DNA of 64,000 nucleotides from the human T2T-CHM13v2.0 reference genome, Homo sapiens. The notes under the pieces are model-generated. The model was not told the DNA's origin, made no database searches, and saw only the letters and a program-made list of their open reading frames with translations. The stretch lies in NCBI RefSeq assembly GCF_009914755.1, contig NC_060939.1; one strand, written 5' to 3'. The translations under genes and the position numbers were made by a program. How positions within the stretch are numbered: the first letter of the stretch is position 1; every line of letters starts with the position of its first letter. Below are positions 63,205-64,000 of this stretch, piece by piece.

Positions 63205-63995
63205 CCCATCTTAGTCTGGGTTCCCCCAGAAGCAGATCCTGAAACAGGGCTTCAAAAGCAAGTGGTTTGTCTGAGTGTGAAGTAAAGCCTGGTAAAGTCA
63301 TGGGAAAGTGAGATGAAAAGGAGAAGCCACGTATATAGCCCGGGTTCCCTGAAGAAACACAGTCAATAGGGAATATTTATATAAAATATACACATATATT
63401 ATATATATGAAGAATTGATTCACATGATTTTGCAGGCTGAGAAATCCAAGATCTGCAGTTGGCAAGCTGGAGACCCAGGAGAGCTGATGGTGTAAGGTCC
63501 AGTCTGAGTCCACATCTGAAGGCAGAAGACTGATGTCCCAGCTCAAAGACAGTCAGGCAGAGAGAATTCTTTCTTACCTAGCCTTTGTTGTATTCAGGCC
63601 TTCAATGAACTGGATAAATCCTACCCACATTGGGAGGGAGCCTTCTGCTTTACTCAGTCCACTAATTCAAATGTTAATCTCATCCAGAAACACCATCACA
63701 GACACATCCAGAATAATATTTAACCAAATGTCTGGGCACCCCATGGACTAATCGCATTGACCAGGACAGAGGGCATTTGTCAGTTTGGCTACCACCATGG
63801 GCAGCCAGCTCTTAATCCTGGTGGATTGACTTCAAGATCTATTGAAAAATATAGACTGGTCCTATCTCACTTTTACCAATCATTGGTTGAGGGCTGCTGG
63901 GGATTGAAATCCCTGTTACTCTGTCCTGCTCACGACCTGGCAGATGGGCTTTGGCCTGAGGATGCCTGCAGGCAAAGCAATGCAGGTGCTGGCCA
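63205..63995 (-). mobile_element. LTR16-like ERVL LTR pieces flanking an MLT2 insertion
   Basis: gggttcccccagaagcagatcctga...; ccaatcattggttgagggctgc; subfamily and orientation uncertain. Confidence 0.5.
63330..63765 (-). mobile_element. MLT2 (ERVL) LTR with internal TA-rich tract
   Basis: gcaagctggagacccaggagagctgatgg, ctttactcagtccactaattcaaatgttaatctcatcc. Confidence 0.85.
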
Positions 63996-64000
63996 TCGGA

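Overview
Primate, almost certainly human, genomic DNA (AluJ/S/Y, L1PA, MIR, L2, THE1/MST and MER elements); nothing prokaryotic, and no CRISPR, rRNA or tRNA. The first ~13 kb is mostly a nested LINE-1 block: a 4.4-kb 5'-truncated L1PA3/4-type copy with a 13-bp TSD inside an ancient L1ME, which also carries a MER34-type LTR and two Alus. A CpG island at ~14.4-15.35 kb looks like the promoter and non-coding first exon of a + strand gene I cannot name. The remaining ~49 kb reads like a repeat-rich first intron with no cellular coding exon I can support. Nearly all listed ORFs are chance or repeat-derived; only the L1 ORF1/ORF2 remnants and a piggyBac (PGBD4-like) N-terminal remnant in MER75 are recognisable protein. 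The most unusual structure is a complex templated insertion at ~24.77-24.96 kb. It comprises a 128-bp inverted copy of nearby unique sequence, a 28-bp direct copy that creates a pre-miRNA-sized hairpin, and a 32-bp piece matching an MST LTR 1.5 kb away. Other leads are exon-like signals overlapping on both strands at ~51.7 kb, a MER75 with terminal-exon-like signals, and local tandem duplications. I see no evidence for a new multi-gene system. Repeat subfamily calls come from my recall of consensus sequences, and boundaries without a stated TSD are approximate.
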